From Candidatus Tenderia sp. (GTDB lineage: Bacteria; Pseudomonadota; Gammaproteobacteria; Tenderiales; Tenderiaceae), in contig JANOSY010000045.1 in NCBI GenBank assembly GCA_031416075.1, forward strand, positions 48,131 through 112,130: 64,000 nt of DNA, in the 5' to 3' direction. This document shows, in pieces, positions 40,601 through 47,336 of the stretch (within the stretch, counting starts at the first letter, position 1; each line of letters starts with the position of its first letter). The notes under the pieces were generated by a model, which was not told the origin of the DNA, searched no databases, and saw nothing but the letters and a program-made list of their open reading frames with translations. The position numbers and the translations under genes were made by a program.

Positions 40601-41890
40601 CAGTTCCGTGCTGGTTGTACCGCCAACATCGATCAGGGTTCCCGATTCCATGATCACACGACTGCCGTTCCTCTCGGTATTGGCTACAGCGGCATCGCCA
40701 GGATTCGCTGTCGCTGTCAAATTCACATTGCCACCTGGCACCACAAGCTGCGCCCTCTCGCTCAGCAGAATCTCCTTCGCCACCACGTCCACCTGCGAAA
40801 GCGCCTGCTTCTGCTGATCCACAGCGGTGGCTCTATCATCCAGTTCCGGCAACACCTCAGTGCGGCTCCCCGCACCAAACGTTACCCGAGCTGCCTGACC
40901 ATCTCGCTCAGTGGATATCCCTTTCAATACATATTTATTTGTATCGAGCGTAGGTTCCCCCTGCGCATGAGCAATCAGACGGATCGAACCATTATTGTTG
41001 ACCGTGGTGGTTGCGGAGACGAGCCCATCCTGATTGACAGCAAATCCCATCATGGTGATATTGCCGCGCTTGGCCAAGATCTCACCCAGGTTGCGTACAT
41101 CGCCACCGGTCCCCACCTCCACCAGCAGACCGCGCAGATTTGGATCGTCGGATCGCTGCAACCAGACCTTGTCCTGGCTGGCGGCAAGAATCGTCTGCCC
41201 GTCAGGTGTTTCGATTTTGCCGCTATTTTCGATCACCGGCGCCAGGATCATGATACGGCCACCATCGACACTGCGCAGCTCGGCACCGGTCTCGATCCGG
41301 ACCGACCCCATCGGCCCCTCGGCAACGAAGGCGGCCTTCCCCTGATTCACCTCCTGCAAAATACCGGTATCAGTGAAAACATTGTCGTCGATGTTCAAGG
41401 TCGACACTGTCAGTGAATTCACATCAACCCTAGCCCCCGGACCAAACAGCATGCCGTTGCGATTGATGAGAAAGACCTGGCCGTTGGCGCTCAACGCCCC
41501 CTGGATGTTGCTGGGATCGGCCTGATAGATCCGGTTCAGCGCCACCGACCCGGCATCAGGCTGGTTGAACTGCACCTTGTTACCGGCGCTGATGTTGAAG
41601 CTCTGCCAGTTGAGGATCGCCTTGTCGCTCTGCTGATTCACATAAAGCGTGCTGCCGTTGCTTGCCAGTGAAGCCTGGCCGGAGCTGATCCAGCCATTGG
41701 CGCCGCCCATGGTCGAACAGCCGGTGGTGCAGGGGATTGGCAGTTCAGAACGCACCGGCAGATCGGCGCGCGCCGGAGTTGCCGCAACAAGCGCCCCGCC
41801 CAGCGTCAACAATCGGATATAGAGACCTAAACCACGCAACACCGCATTTAAGTTTTTGACTCTCTTGCGACCTAATCTCAATCCAAACAT
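31685..41890 (-). CDS. TpsA filamentous hemagglutinin-family exoprotein with C-terminal DUF3739-like domain (PdtA-like)
   Basis: TPS domain (QQSDKAILNWQSFNI, ALNRI, ANGQVFLINRNG), beta-helix repeats, internal YLLLPARYALLPGAY, C-terminal IVIWSQHGNIDAGRGAKS...GSGI...APRGVVNASDAGI...EVEVLGFG. Confidence 0.92.
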   Translation of the reverse strand: MFGLRLGRKRVKNLNAVLRGLGLYIRLLTLGGALVAATPARADLPVRSELPIPCTTGCSTMGGANGWISSGQASLASNGSTLYVNQQSDKAILNWQSFNISAGNKVQFNQPDAGSVALNRIYQADPSNIQGALSANGQVFLINRNGMLFGPGARVDVNSLTVSTLNIDDNVFTDTGILQEVNQGKAAFVAEGPMGSVRIETGAELRSVDGGRIMILAPVIENSGKIETPDGQTILAASQDKVWLQRSDDPNLRGLLVEVGTGGDVRNLGEILAKRGNITMMGFAVNQDGLVSATTTVNNNGSIRLIAHAQGEPTLDTNKYVLKGISTERDGQAARVTFGAGSRTEVLPELDDRATAVDQQKQALSQVDVVAKEILLSERAQLVVPGGNVNLTATANPGDAAVANTERNGSRVIMESGTLIDVGGTTSTELAMDRNEIQLELFSNELKDSPLQRDGVLRGKKVIIDIRKEIPIADISGELAKIKRDVGERLAVGGTVNVASEGDFVMAPESKVDISGGKVNYDAGWMNTTKLVSDSKIYDISDADPNLIYDGVLGEYTRTDAKWGMKQAWTIAGPVAQGYYEDKYTEGRSAGTFNVTSSALRLEGDVLAGVTYGNYQRNPKRSPELGTLNLDLVKLGQGGLKYDPATVKFAHASAEAYDPETALDPSKSITIDPRLLQEGGVGRLILNHNGSVDIPEGTTINLPAGGEFKVSGSGVSIDGSITVPAGRVSLATIQTKDVVNRPITMGERSYIDVSGVWVNDYSLTNVIPGTEPLLINGGAVALNAQGDLKLASGSVIEADGGAFVDAKGKLSAGNGGDISLLSRVSLEAGAEMELGGDIHAYAAGKGGTLSIETNTLRIGQSGSDLPGELLRTPEFFQQGGFSSYTLTSNLGGIIVAADTVVQPRASTLMLEGDYLRRATGSDISEFSSAVMLPDDRRRPVDLSLNLSQTAAFNFTPAHFEIEAGARIEADSGAKLSLSSDHGVDINGVLSAPAGEIDLQVSLPKTIFPEDIYYHPELAIHLGSQARLLAQGVVELMPNTLDLNMGEVLSGGQINVTADNGYIVTDVGSLLDVSGTAAELLVRSQGSAINGTLQTIASNAGAIRLTAAEGMVLSGTLTGHAGGSGAVGGELSVALDALKRGNPLLTPPQPYLDFPTGPRVITLAAQGVALPAKWKPGTALPGTMNGQAVVSANAVEDGGFDSLTLRASDMVLNRDGARISGQINLDHVNIDLKRSVVFDAPLLNNVGGDSRIAAAYVALADSGAADAVQPESNGADGQLEIEAQHIDLIGNVTLQGWQQASLNSEGDIRMRGLLPLGNGNEWRGSLNSFGNLELSAAQLYPSTLTQYSIEVTRSDGNLSVLPVAAADPAPVLSAGSNLIMKADNIYQGGVVKAPFGDIQMIAADTLVLAKGSLTSTSASGETIPFGRTENGLDWIYPVADRGQRVFGQNSTLPAQNLSLQAPSVVQQAGATIDVSGGGDLYAYQFVAGPGGSHDVLDPKNSDNTYAVLPWLRGYGPYDPLEFGGTDIKPGDSIHLAAGSGLAEGDYLLLPARYALLPGAYLVTKQAGTQDFGSDLAVRQTDSSILVGGYRTVAGTDIRESRWSGYTVAPGAIARTRSEYQDSFANDFIARHAIAAKQPVPLLPQDAGRVAISVTDELQLDGELRANADHGRGARVDLEAEKLTIVSQRGADDGTVQVTVANLNSLGAESILLGGHRMESGDAVELVTTATKVTVKSGAQITVPELLLAASDETKVESGTKLVASGKGAAAGVNYTLHGDGALLQISAGAPLKAQRIDAQGVKGDLLIDVGATLGAAQSMFLESSHDTVMSGTLDMHGGNLSLGAKHISLGDAPVGTSGLVLTQEQLSSLQMDQLTLNSRETVDLYGNVNLNMKQLTLAAAGLVGHGTEATTASIVADILELKNVASTSDSTATDAAHLDVTTDDLLLGAGEFKIDGFASADISARRQVRVAGTVDRSNDGDKTLNVDGDLRLRTAVITAESGSDSAISARGKLEVLALASPQKVEPAGLGARLSFEGSDVTFGTSVQLPSGDLRLKANKGDVHLIAGAAIDVSGRIEQFSDMTVATPAGAITLHSVDGDVILDSGATILLKGVAGADAGTLNVSAASGELILKGSVDAHDENGADQGIVKLDLGSVADFSTLNRKLNESGFGGERKLRQRHGDLIIAEDDSVNARQVRFSADDGAIEIHGHINSAAEKGGEIVLQAKDDVHLYGTTRIDARATGSDEAGGHVILATTDGVIAVDAENEADASVIDVSGTRSGEDAALQYVGGKVEIRAPRVGAGVAVSSLDGTIRGAESIAVQAFRSYEATEVDSALQNQIFADTKIYMTHAADIATNLNMAGDSRFHLQPGVDIYSAGDLTVSKAWDFAARDKTAGKKQIWRFNSEPGMLMLRAAGKLNFDAGLSDGIETGIIRATASNGSGPVKNNSVNGRLLDSASWSYQLTGGSDLGSADMGAVVKGEGGVVLAEGVQVRTGSGNISVASGGVLNFSGEGSSIFSAGQSGGYGTLPLSWVPGIFTGVYPVRGGEVNLQIAGDILSADSTQFINDWLFRMGNFGSDGNLPTAWSVNFKDKSNNDMFKQNIAAFGGGDVTIDAGGSIKQLSVVAPGTGQPQGTPANGSFSAGFLDNEVRFLGGGNLNVKAGGDINGGTFYVDGGAGRLRSGGALNLDDSGVGAILALGRGRYDVLARNGMNIETVLNPTALPPSSKQAQSRGQLQSFFFTYGPDSGIKLDSLAGDITLRNETSALTDGYPGISFQGDESTAVTVYPGDLEVSALRGSIYIDKSFKLFPSPHGSLSLLADEDIKTETNEAVAIKMSDTDLELLPSIANPAKTFADAATRLDGSSSVLAHKDDGAPVNIVARKGSIESAGGGQSILIFELPKQASIVAGQDIRDLQLHLQNLTDEDVTLLQAGRDIMFSSRRDADGSLITNASAGIELAGPGELNLVAGRDVDLGTSEGVVAIGNTRNLLLTETGANVTVEAGISKALDYVAYLTHYAQLDGNSRSEVATAMRRVTGNQEISDNNVFAALDSLSQEAQRKIALMHFYGGLSQSAREAATGGNGAGYQRGYDAIATLFGDGMYKGDVRLYFSRIHTVDGGDINMVVPGGLINAGLAATNGFHKEPSELGIVAQRSGDVNIYLDKDMLVNQSRVFALDGGDIVIWSQHGNIDAGRGAKSAIAAPPPIITFDETGKMKLEFPAAIAGSGIRTAVSTKGREPGSTTLAAPRGVVNASDAGIDSAGALVVAATAVLGAGNISAGGESVGVPSIEPPSVPAGLANAGNSASNASSGGEDLAAAAKSTTPLADSALAFLEVEVLGFGGASTAGVAGAMSPSDVAAGDDENKKSREQGKGSRLAKESDDVLPKAAEGEKPAGRVATTHAQ

Positions 41891-41926
41891 GGCAAGCTCC
41901 TCTCCACTGCGCGTGCTGTAAGCACT

Positions 41927-43510
41927 TTAGAATTCATAACGGGTGTTGAAATGAAAACGCGCATCACTGCGCTTGATGCTGCCCGCATCTTCCAGAGGCG
42001 AGGCCCAGTCGAGGGCGACAATAATATTTTTGGCGGCCACCAGCCGGGCACCGACGCCCGCGCTGGCCAGATGCTGTCTGGCTGTTTCAGAGGGAAGCGG
42101 ATCCTGGCGCTTCAACCAGGCGCTGTCGGCAAACAGCAGCAGTTGCAAATCGTTGAGCCACGGCCAGCTGGCCGGGAGCAACGGCGGGCTGCGCAGCTCC
42201 AGGTTGGCCAGCAGCGCATCGTCACCCATCGCCTGCGATTCGGGATAACCGCGCACCGTGTCGACGCCACCGGCATTGAACTGTTCGTTACTGATCAAGG
42301 GTGAATCACTCAGCTGCGCGCCCAGATGGAGACGCCAGGTGCTCTTCATGAAGCCCGCGTGCAGCCGTTCGACATCGACATTTAAATGGCTGAAATTGGC
42401 CTTGGCATTAAACCGTTTGTTGCGGAACTCCTCCTCACTGTTGCCGAAGATGCGCAGACCAAACGAGCCACCCAGCGAATAACTGGTCGAGCCCTGCCCA
42501 TCCTGCTGACGGCGGTTGAATTTCGCCTGGCCGACGGCATAACTGATCGGTGTCGAAATACCGTTGCCATCGGGCAGCAGCACCTCCTGGCGTTGATCCT
42601 TGTATTGAACCCCGAGCGAGAGTCCCTGGCTCACCCGTTTCACCGCCGGTAACTGCCGCTGCCAGGTGACGCCATAGATATCACCGTTGCCGAGCACGCC
42701 CAGAGTACCGAGCGCCGCCGAGTGACTCACCGAGTGCACGGCGGAAAAATTCCAGCGCGCCTGCTCCACCGGGATGGAGTAACCCAGCACCCAGACCCGC
42801 ACCTCTTCCCACTGCTGCGGCGAGGCCTGATAGTTCAGCGATGCAGTGTGATGGCGCTGCCACAGATTGGCGTAACTCAGCCCCGCCTCCATGCGCAGAT
42901 GAGAACTACCGAGCGTGTAGCGGTCATTGAAACCGAGGCTGCCATGCAGCGGCGAGTGATCCTCGACCTTCAGTTCAGCCTCCATCGTGCCGGGCTCGAT
43001 ACCGGGGCGAAATACAGGATTGAGGGTGCGGTCCGGCGCCACGGCGCTGGCCGCCGCCAGCTGCGCTTGTAGTGTCGGCAGATGCAAAGGAGAGCCCGGT
43101 TGCAGTGCCGGAATCTCATCACGCAGATCGCGCGGTGAAAAATAGCGTGCGCCGGTGACGCGGAAACGTTCGATCTTGCTCTCAACCACCTGCAGGCGGA
43201 TCACACCATCGTTCGCCTCCTGCTCAGGAATGTTCACCAGCACGGCGGCATAACCTGCATCACGATAGGCCTGCTCCAGATCACGCTTCGCTGCCTCGAC
43301 ATCGGCCAGGCTTTTGTTACTGCCCAGAAATGGGTAGACCACATTTTCCACCGAGGCGCGCGGCAACAGCGTCGCCCCCTCCACCTGAAACTCCCAGACA
43401 TCAAAACGTGGCTCAGCCGCTGCTGGCGGCACCTCGTTCGCCTGCACAGCACCGCACCAACACACCAGCACCACCACAACAGAACGCTTCATTGCAGATC
43501 CAAAACTCAT
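41927..43510 (-). CDS. TpsB (ShlB/FhaC/HecB) outer-membrane transporter
   Basis: POTRA (FDVWEFQVEGATLL, YRDAGY), YANLWQRHH, EQFNAGGVDTVRGY; start uncertain (43510 or 43492). Confidence 0.92.
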   Translation of the reverse strand: MSFGSAMKRSVVVVLVCWCGAVQANEVPPAAAEPRFDVWEFQVEGATLLPRASVENVVYPFLGSNKSLADVEAAKRDLEQAYRDAGYAAVLVNIPEQEANDGVIRLQVVESKIERFRVTGARYFSPRDLRDEIPALQPGSPLHLPTLQAQLAAASAVAPDRTLNPVFRPGIEPGTMEAELKVEDHSPLHGSLGFNDRYTLGSSHLRMEAGLSYANLWQRHHTASLNYQASPQQWEEVRVWVLGYSIPVEQARWNFSAVHSVSHSAALGTLGVLGNGDIYGVTWQRQLPAVKRVSQGLSLGVQYKDQRQEVLLPDGNGISTPISYAVGQAKFNRRQQDGQGSTSYSLGGSFGLRIFGNSEEEFRNKRFNAKANFSHLNVDVERLHAGFMKSTWRLHLGAQLSDSPLISNEQFNAGGVDTVRGYPESQAMGDDALLANLELRSPPLLPASWPWLNDLQLLLFADSAWLKRQDPLPSETARQHLASAGVGARLVAAKNIIVALDWASPLEDAGSIKRSDARFHFNTRYEF

Positions 43511-43588
43511 GTGAAATCCAACCTCGACACAATTCACAGACGGCCTGAAAAAAATCAGCACAGACCCAGTAAAAACCTCAAGACGGGC

Positions 43589-43633
43589 ATTATGCGCGAC
43601 ACGTATTACATGGCAGTTACATCTCTGTTACAC
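43589..43633 (-). promoter_or_regulatory. Triple Pho-box-like repeat plus -10 upstream of tpsB
   Basis: Minus strand GTGTAAC-AGAG-ATGTAAC-TGCC-ATGTAAT-N10-CATAAT. Confidence 0.75.
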
Positions 43634-43783
43634 AAAAAAGAGGGGGGCTGATTCAGACCAACAGCGGAGCTGTTAAATTCAGCATGGAATAGGAGACAAG
43701 AAGCATCATTCTGGCAAAGTTCCAGTCTTCACCGCGATGAGCAGAGGAGGCAATGGCAAATGAAGTTGAGGACACCTGAAAAT

Positions 43784-43816
43784 AAAAAAGCAGCGGCGCC
43801 ACAAGTGCGCCGCTGC
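43784..43816 (-). terminator. Rho-independent terminator of 43836..45260
   Basis: Minus strand GCAGCGGCGC-ACTTGTG-GCGCCGCTGC-TTTTTT, 20 nt after stop. Confidence 0.88.
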
Positions 43817-43835
43817 CAGTTACAGTCTCAGAAAA

Positions 43836-45260
43836 TTACAGTTGAGACTCTACGTTGTTGATTGCAGGTACGGCACAGTTGTTCACCTTGCCACCCTGGA
43901 TCGCGTGGCTGCCTTGGGCAACCGGACCCGTTGCATCGGTCACCAGATAGCCGTTGGTGTTCAGGGACATATAACCGCCCTTACCAAAGCTGTGGTTGAA
44001 GCTGGCATTGATGGTGTTAATGATCGAGGGCTTGCCGGACTGCTTGGCGAGCGCGCTCAGGATCGTTGGAACGCGGCTATCGGAATAACTAACAGTCTTA
44101 CGCCACTGCATGGTCTCTTCCGCCCAGTCAAAGTACTTGTTGCTCTTGGCATTGTCCACAGTCGGAGCTACGCCATCAACCTTGATGAAACGGTAGTTCT
44201 TGGCATGAGTTGCATTCTTTTCGGTGGACTGAATACCGATAGCCCAGTTGCCCGCAACCTCTTCATTGTTCATACAGGTCTCAACATCACCCGAGCCCTC
44301 GCCCTGAGTCACGATCGGACCGAAGTCGACATCGCTATCCGCAGCGGCTACCAGTCCCCCGGCGACACAAGGGTTGGCCAGGAATTTGGCCTGGAACTGA
44401 GCCTGGGTGCCAGAACCTGGCACACGGCGGCAGATGTGCACAAAGCTGTCAGCAGGTGCGGTCACACCGGGAACAGCAGTCAAAGCAGTCGTCAGACCGC
44501 CCACCTTCAACTGGGTCCAGTCGGTCATGCCACCTACAGCCATCAGGCCAGCGATCTGCTGTTTGCTCAGGCTCGGCATATGAGCATCAGTAAAATCACC
44601 GACAGTCTTATTTTGAGCCCGCTGCAATGCCGCGTACAGCTTGTCATTCACGATCACACCGAACACGCCACCACGAGTGGAGACAACATTCGGGAGATTA
44701 TCGAGCACAGTTTTGGATACGGCTGAAAAACCGGCAGGGACGTTCGGACCAACAAACAGTGCTGGCTCTACGTCTGACATGCCGCCATCCGGGCCGGTCG
44801 CATTGGTCTGGAAGTTGGAGGTCTCGTCGTAGCCGCAGTTGTACTTGTTGGTGCCAGCAGAAGTACAGTTACCGCTGCTGACGCCCATGAACTTGACGCT
44901 GGCATCAGCCATGGCGACCGGAGCTACACCCCACCCTGAACCACCCTTCGAGCGCTTGAAGATCAGCACTTTGGTATCGGCAGCCAGGCCGGTGATCTTG
45001 GTCTTGTCAAGGGTACAGGAGAAAGCGGTCTGCCAAGAACCAGCGCTGGAACCACTGGCCACGCCGTTGTCAGAATAGGTATCCAAGGTGTCCTTGCACA
45101 GCTGGGGCATCAGCAATTGCAGACCTTTGTCCTGGGCACTGGCACCAGAGATGTAGATCTTGAGCGCACCGGTAGCTGCATCAGCAGGGGCAAAGGCATG
45201 GGCCTGACCGACAACCAGGCCAGTAGCAGCCATGGCGAGTACGATAGATTTTAATTTCAT
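43836..45260 (-). CDS. Secreted PstS/DING-like (PBP2 superfamily) protein, Cys-rich
   Basis: Signal peptide; ISGASAQ, GGSGWGV, GGMSDV, CRRVPGSGTQ, WAIG, VKVDGVAPT-like (IKVDGVAPT) parallel PstS-family motifs. Confidence 0.6.
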   Translation of the reverse strand: MKLKSIVLAMAATGLVVGQAHAFAPADAATGALKIYISGASAQDKGLQLLMPQLCKDTLDTYSDNGVASGSSAGSWQTAFSCTLDKTKITGLAADTKVLIFKRSKGGSGWGVAPVAMADASVKFMGVSSGNCTSAGTNKYNCGYDETSNFQTNATGPDGGMSDVEPALFVGPNVPAGFSAVSKTVLDNLPNVVSTRGGVFGVIVNDKLYAALQRAQNKTVGDFTDAHMPSLSKQQIAGLMAVGGMTDWTQLKVGGLTTALTAVPGVTAPADSFVHICRRVPGSGTQAQFQAKFLANPCVAGGLVAAADSDVDFGPIVTQGEGSGDVETCMNNEEVAGNWAIGIQSTEKNATHAKNYRFIKVDGVAPTVDNAKSNKYFDWAEETMQWRKTVSYSDSRVPTILSALAKQSGKPSIINTINASFNHSFGKGGYMSLNTNGYLVTDATGPVAQGSHAIQGGKVNNCAVPAINNVESQL

Positions 45261-45348
45261 GATAATTCTCCGGTTAAGGTAATTTAAAAACCCGATAACA
45301 CTAAAATGGTGAGCAGCAAAAATGGCTGCTCTCTGCCCTCATCCAAGC

Positions 45349-45381
45349 CCCCCTCTCTCCCTCAGAGAGGGAGAGAGGGGG
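45349..45381. repeat. Perfect 15-bp pyrimidine/purine hairpin (boxC-like)
   Basis: CCCCCTCTCTCCCTC-AGA-GAGGGAGAGAGGGGG; second small hairpin GAGCAGC...GCTGCTC at 45311-45331. Confidence 0.7.
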
Positions 45382-45412
45382 TAATGTAGCAATTTCTCAG
45401 CTAACGGTAGAG

Positions 45413-46285
45413 TTAGACTGACAGGACTTCATCCTGCTGGCGGCGGCGGGCAACACCCACCAGACCGGCCAAGGCGGAACCGAGCAGCAGTACTGCTGGG
45501 GGCAGCGGTACCGGGGGAGCAGAGGCGACGTCATAGCTCAGGGCGCCATTGGCGGTCAGAGCCCATGTTCCGGCAAACAGATCGGTGTAAGTACCTGCGG
45601 GGGAGGTCAGCTTATTGGTAGCCGGGTCATACTTTGCACCGATATGATAGAAGGCCAGGCTCGTGCCTACTGCGGCCTCGTCATTAAAAGTCAACGACCT
45701 GCCAATGTCGCTTGACCAGGTAATAGCATTGCCGTAATAACCATCGTCAGTCGAAGACGTATTCGTGGTGCTACGGTTCTGGGCATAAGCATTCAGGGCG
45801 TCACCAAACTGGACGTTGGCATCACTGTTAGCACCGGCGATATAGCTATTAGCCTGCAACATAGACGACTTGAGATTGGTGTAGCTCATGCTGGACACAG
45901 CGCTGGAAGCATCATTGGAAGTGGCATACAGGCCGTACTTGGCCACGTCTGCGCCAGGTTTGTCTGTACGCACACCCACCAGGTTCCAGACCATGTTGGC
46001 GGAATTGTTATTGCCAAACAGATTGGTGTAAACGCTGTCAGTCGCAAGTTTGGCAGTGAAAGAGCTGTTCCATGAGGAGCTTGAAGAACTGCCTAGACTG
46101 GTAATAAAATCGTCGACGGTGATACCCAGATCGCGGGTATATGATTCTGCGGCAACTGAATCGTATACGGACAGAAACAATTCGCCTGCGCCCTGGCCAG
46201 ACTGCCCTGGGTTGATCGCGGCATTGGCACCACCAGCGGCCACCATGGCCAGTGCGGCAACTACCGCTTTTATTTTGAATTTCAT
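45413..46285 (-). CDS. VPLPA-CTERM sorting domain protein
   Basis: Signal peptide; GELFLSVYD...SYTRDLG; C-terminal PVPLPPAVLLLGSALAGLVGVARRR. Confidence 0.92.
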   Translation of the reverse strand: MKFKIKAVVAALAMVAAGGANAAINPGQSGQGAGELFLSVYDSVAAESYTRDLGITVDDFITSLGSSSSSSWNSSFTAKLATDSVYTNLFGNNNSANMVWNLVGVRTDKPGADVAKYGLYATSNDASSAVSSMSYTNLKSSMLQANSYIAGANSDANVQFGDALNAYAQNRSTTNTSSTDDGYYGNAITWSSDIGRSLTFNDEAAVGTSLAFYHIGAKYDPATNKLTSPAGTYTDLFAGTWALTANGALSYDVASAPPVPLPPAVLLLGSALAGLVGVARRRQQDEVLSV

Positions 46286-46393
46286 TGCTAGACTCCTGTT
46301 TATTTAGGTTATGGCTTGCGCCGTTTTGTTTCCCAGCCCTCCTCTTTGTTGGCAACCCACTGCCGCCAACAAGCCGAGCCAGAATGTCTAAAC

Positions 46394-46487
46394 AACGGTG
46401 GTAACCCAGCCATCTTGGCGCTTCCATGTTCACACCTAGATCTGTGGCTTTCCGACCCCGCCTCGCAACGGGAGTGGCAGTTCCGTC
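46394..46487 (-). ncRNA. Cyclic di-GMP-I (GEMM) riboswitch in the leader of the VPLPA/PstS-like operon
   Basis: Minus strand GACGG-AACT-GCCACT-CCCGTT-GCGA-GGCGGG-GTCGGAAAGCCACAGATCT...AGATGGCTGGGTTACC-A-CCGTT: P1, GNRA-capped P2 and P3 as in the Vc2 aptamer. Confidence 0.8.
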
Positions 46488-46573
46488 TTACTGTCACCAA
46501 CTACGTGGCACCTCATGCACCCCGATATGCCGGACCTCATATCCGGCTGCCTGAATTTCCAGCGGCGACGGCA

Positions 46574-46618
46574 ATTGTTGACCAACAAGATTTCGCCGTG
46601 ATTAATGCAATGTTAATT
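46574..46618 (-). promoter_or_regulatory. Degenerate Pho-box-like array plus weak -10 upstream of riboswitch
   Basis: Minus strand AATTAAC-ATTG-CATTAAT-CACG-GCGAAAT-N10-AACAAT. Confidence 0.4.
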
Positions 46619-46676
46619 TTTTATATCAATGGGGAACTTATAAGGAGGGGGATAAACACGGAGTTATATGCAGTGT

Positions 46677-46704
46677 GCCCAAAGCACTACGTGGGGCAGG
46701 CTCT
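46677..46704 (-). repeat. 28-bp micro-element copy 3, inside a GTAG-type REP
   Basis: Minus strand AGAGCCTGCCCCACGTAGTGCTTTGGGC; removal restores GCAGTGTGGGTAAGCG-TTTTTT-GCGTAACCCACC. Confidence 0.78.
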
Positions 46705-46829
46705 GGGTAAGCGTTTTTTGCGTAACCCACCAAGCCTGCGAAGCACACAATCTTTCTTTCTTCATCCACTCGATACCACCCCCGCATTACATCCGTGTGA
46801 CAGTAATCGAGACGCTCAAACAGCCCCCG

Positions 46830-46858
46830 CTGTCATCTTTCTGTAGTGAAACTGTCAT
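46830..46858 (+). promoter_or_regulatory. Near-consensus Pho box array upstream of T2SS operon
   Basis: CTGTCAT-CTTT-CTGTAGT-GAAA-CTGTCAT; no convincing -10 at N10. Confidence 0.7.
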
Positions 46859-46908
46859 AGCCTTGCCTTCCCGAACAAGACCATTCACAGCAACAGACCG
46901 GAATCATC

Positions 46909-47331
46909 ATGCAACATCAAAGAATAAATCCTGAACTTGGTTTTACACTGCTGGAGTTACTGGTGGTGATGGTCATCATCGGCCTGCTGGCCGGTTATGT
47001 CGGGCCAAAATATTTTACCCAGGTCGGCAAATCGGAAGTGAAAACCGCCAAGGCGCAGATCGTGGCGCTGGAGCAGGCGTTCGATCAGTATCGTCTCGAT
47101 ACCGGCCACTACCCCACCACTGAGCAAGGGCTGGCAGCGCTCTTCGTTAAACCTGGCGATGAACCAAAGTGGAACGGCCCCTATCTGAAAAAAGCGACAC
47201 CGCCGGACCCGTGGGGCAAGCCCTATATTTATAAACAACCGGGCGAGCACGGCGAACTTGATCTGCTCTCTTACGGCAAGGATGGCCAGCCGGGTGGCAG
47301 TGACAACGCTGCTGACATCACCAACTGGTAA
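46909..47331 (+). CDS. gspG: T2SS major pseudopilin
   Basis: G/FTLLELLVVMVII, YRLDTGHYPTTEQGL, DPWGKPY, SYGKDGQPGG, DITNW. Confidence 0.96.
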   Translation: MQHQRINPELGFTLLELLVVMVIIGLLAGYVGPKYFTQVGKSEVKTAKAQIVALEQAFDQYRLDTGHYPTTEQGLAALFVKPGDEPKWNGPYLKKATPPDPWGKPYIYKQPGEHGELDLLSYGKDGQPGGSDNAADITNW

Positions 47332-47336
47332 TAGCC

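Noticed and set aside
20877-46704. 28-bp repeat as a CRISPR repeat
   Set aside because: Copies are kilobases apart, in both orientations, with no spacers or cas genes. No CRISPR array, tRNA or rRNA was seen in the window.
46038-46934. Several ORFs (61-176 aa) across the VPLPA-gspG intergenic region
   Set aside because: They overlap the riboswitch, promoters and REP; no protein-like features.
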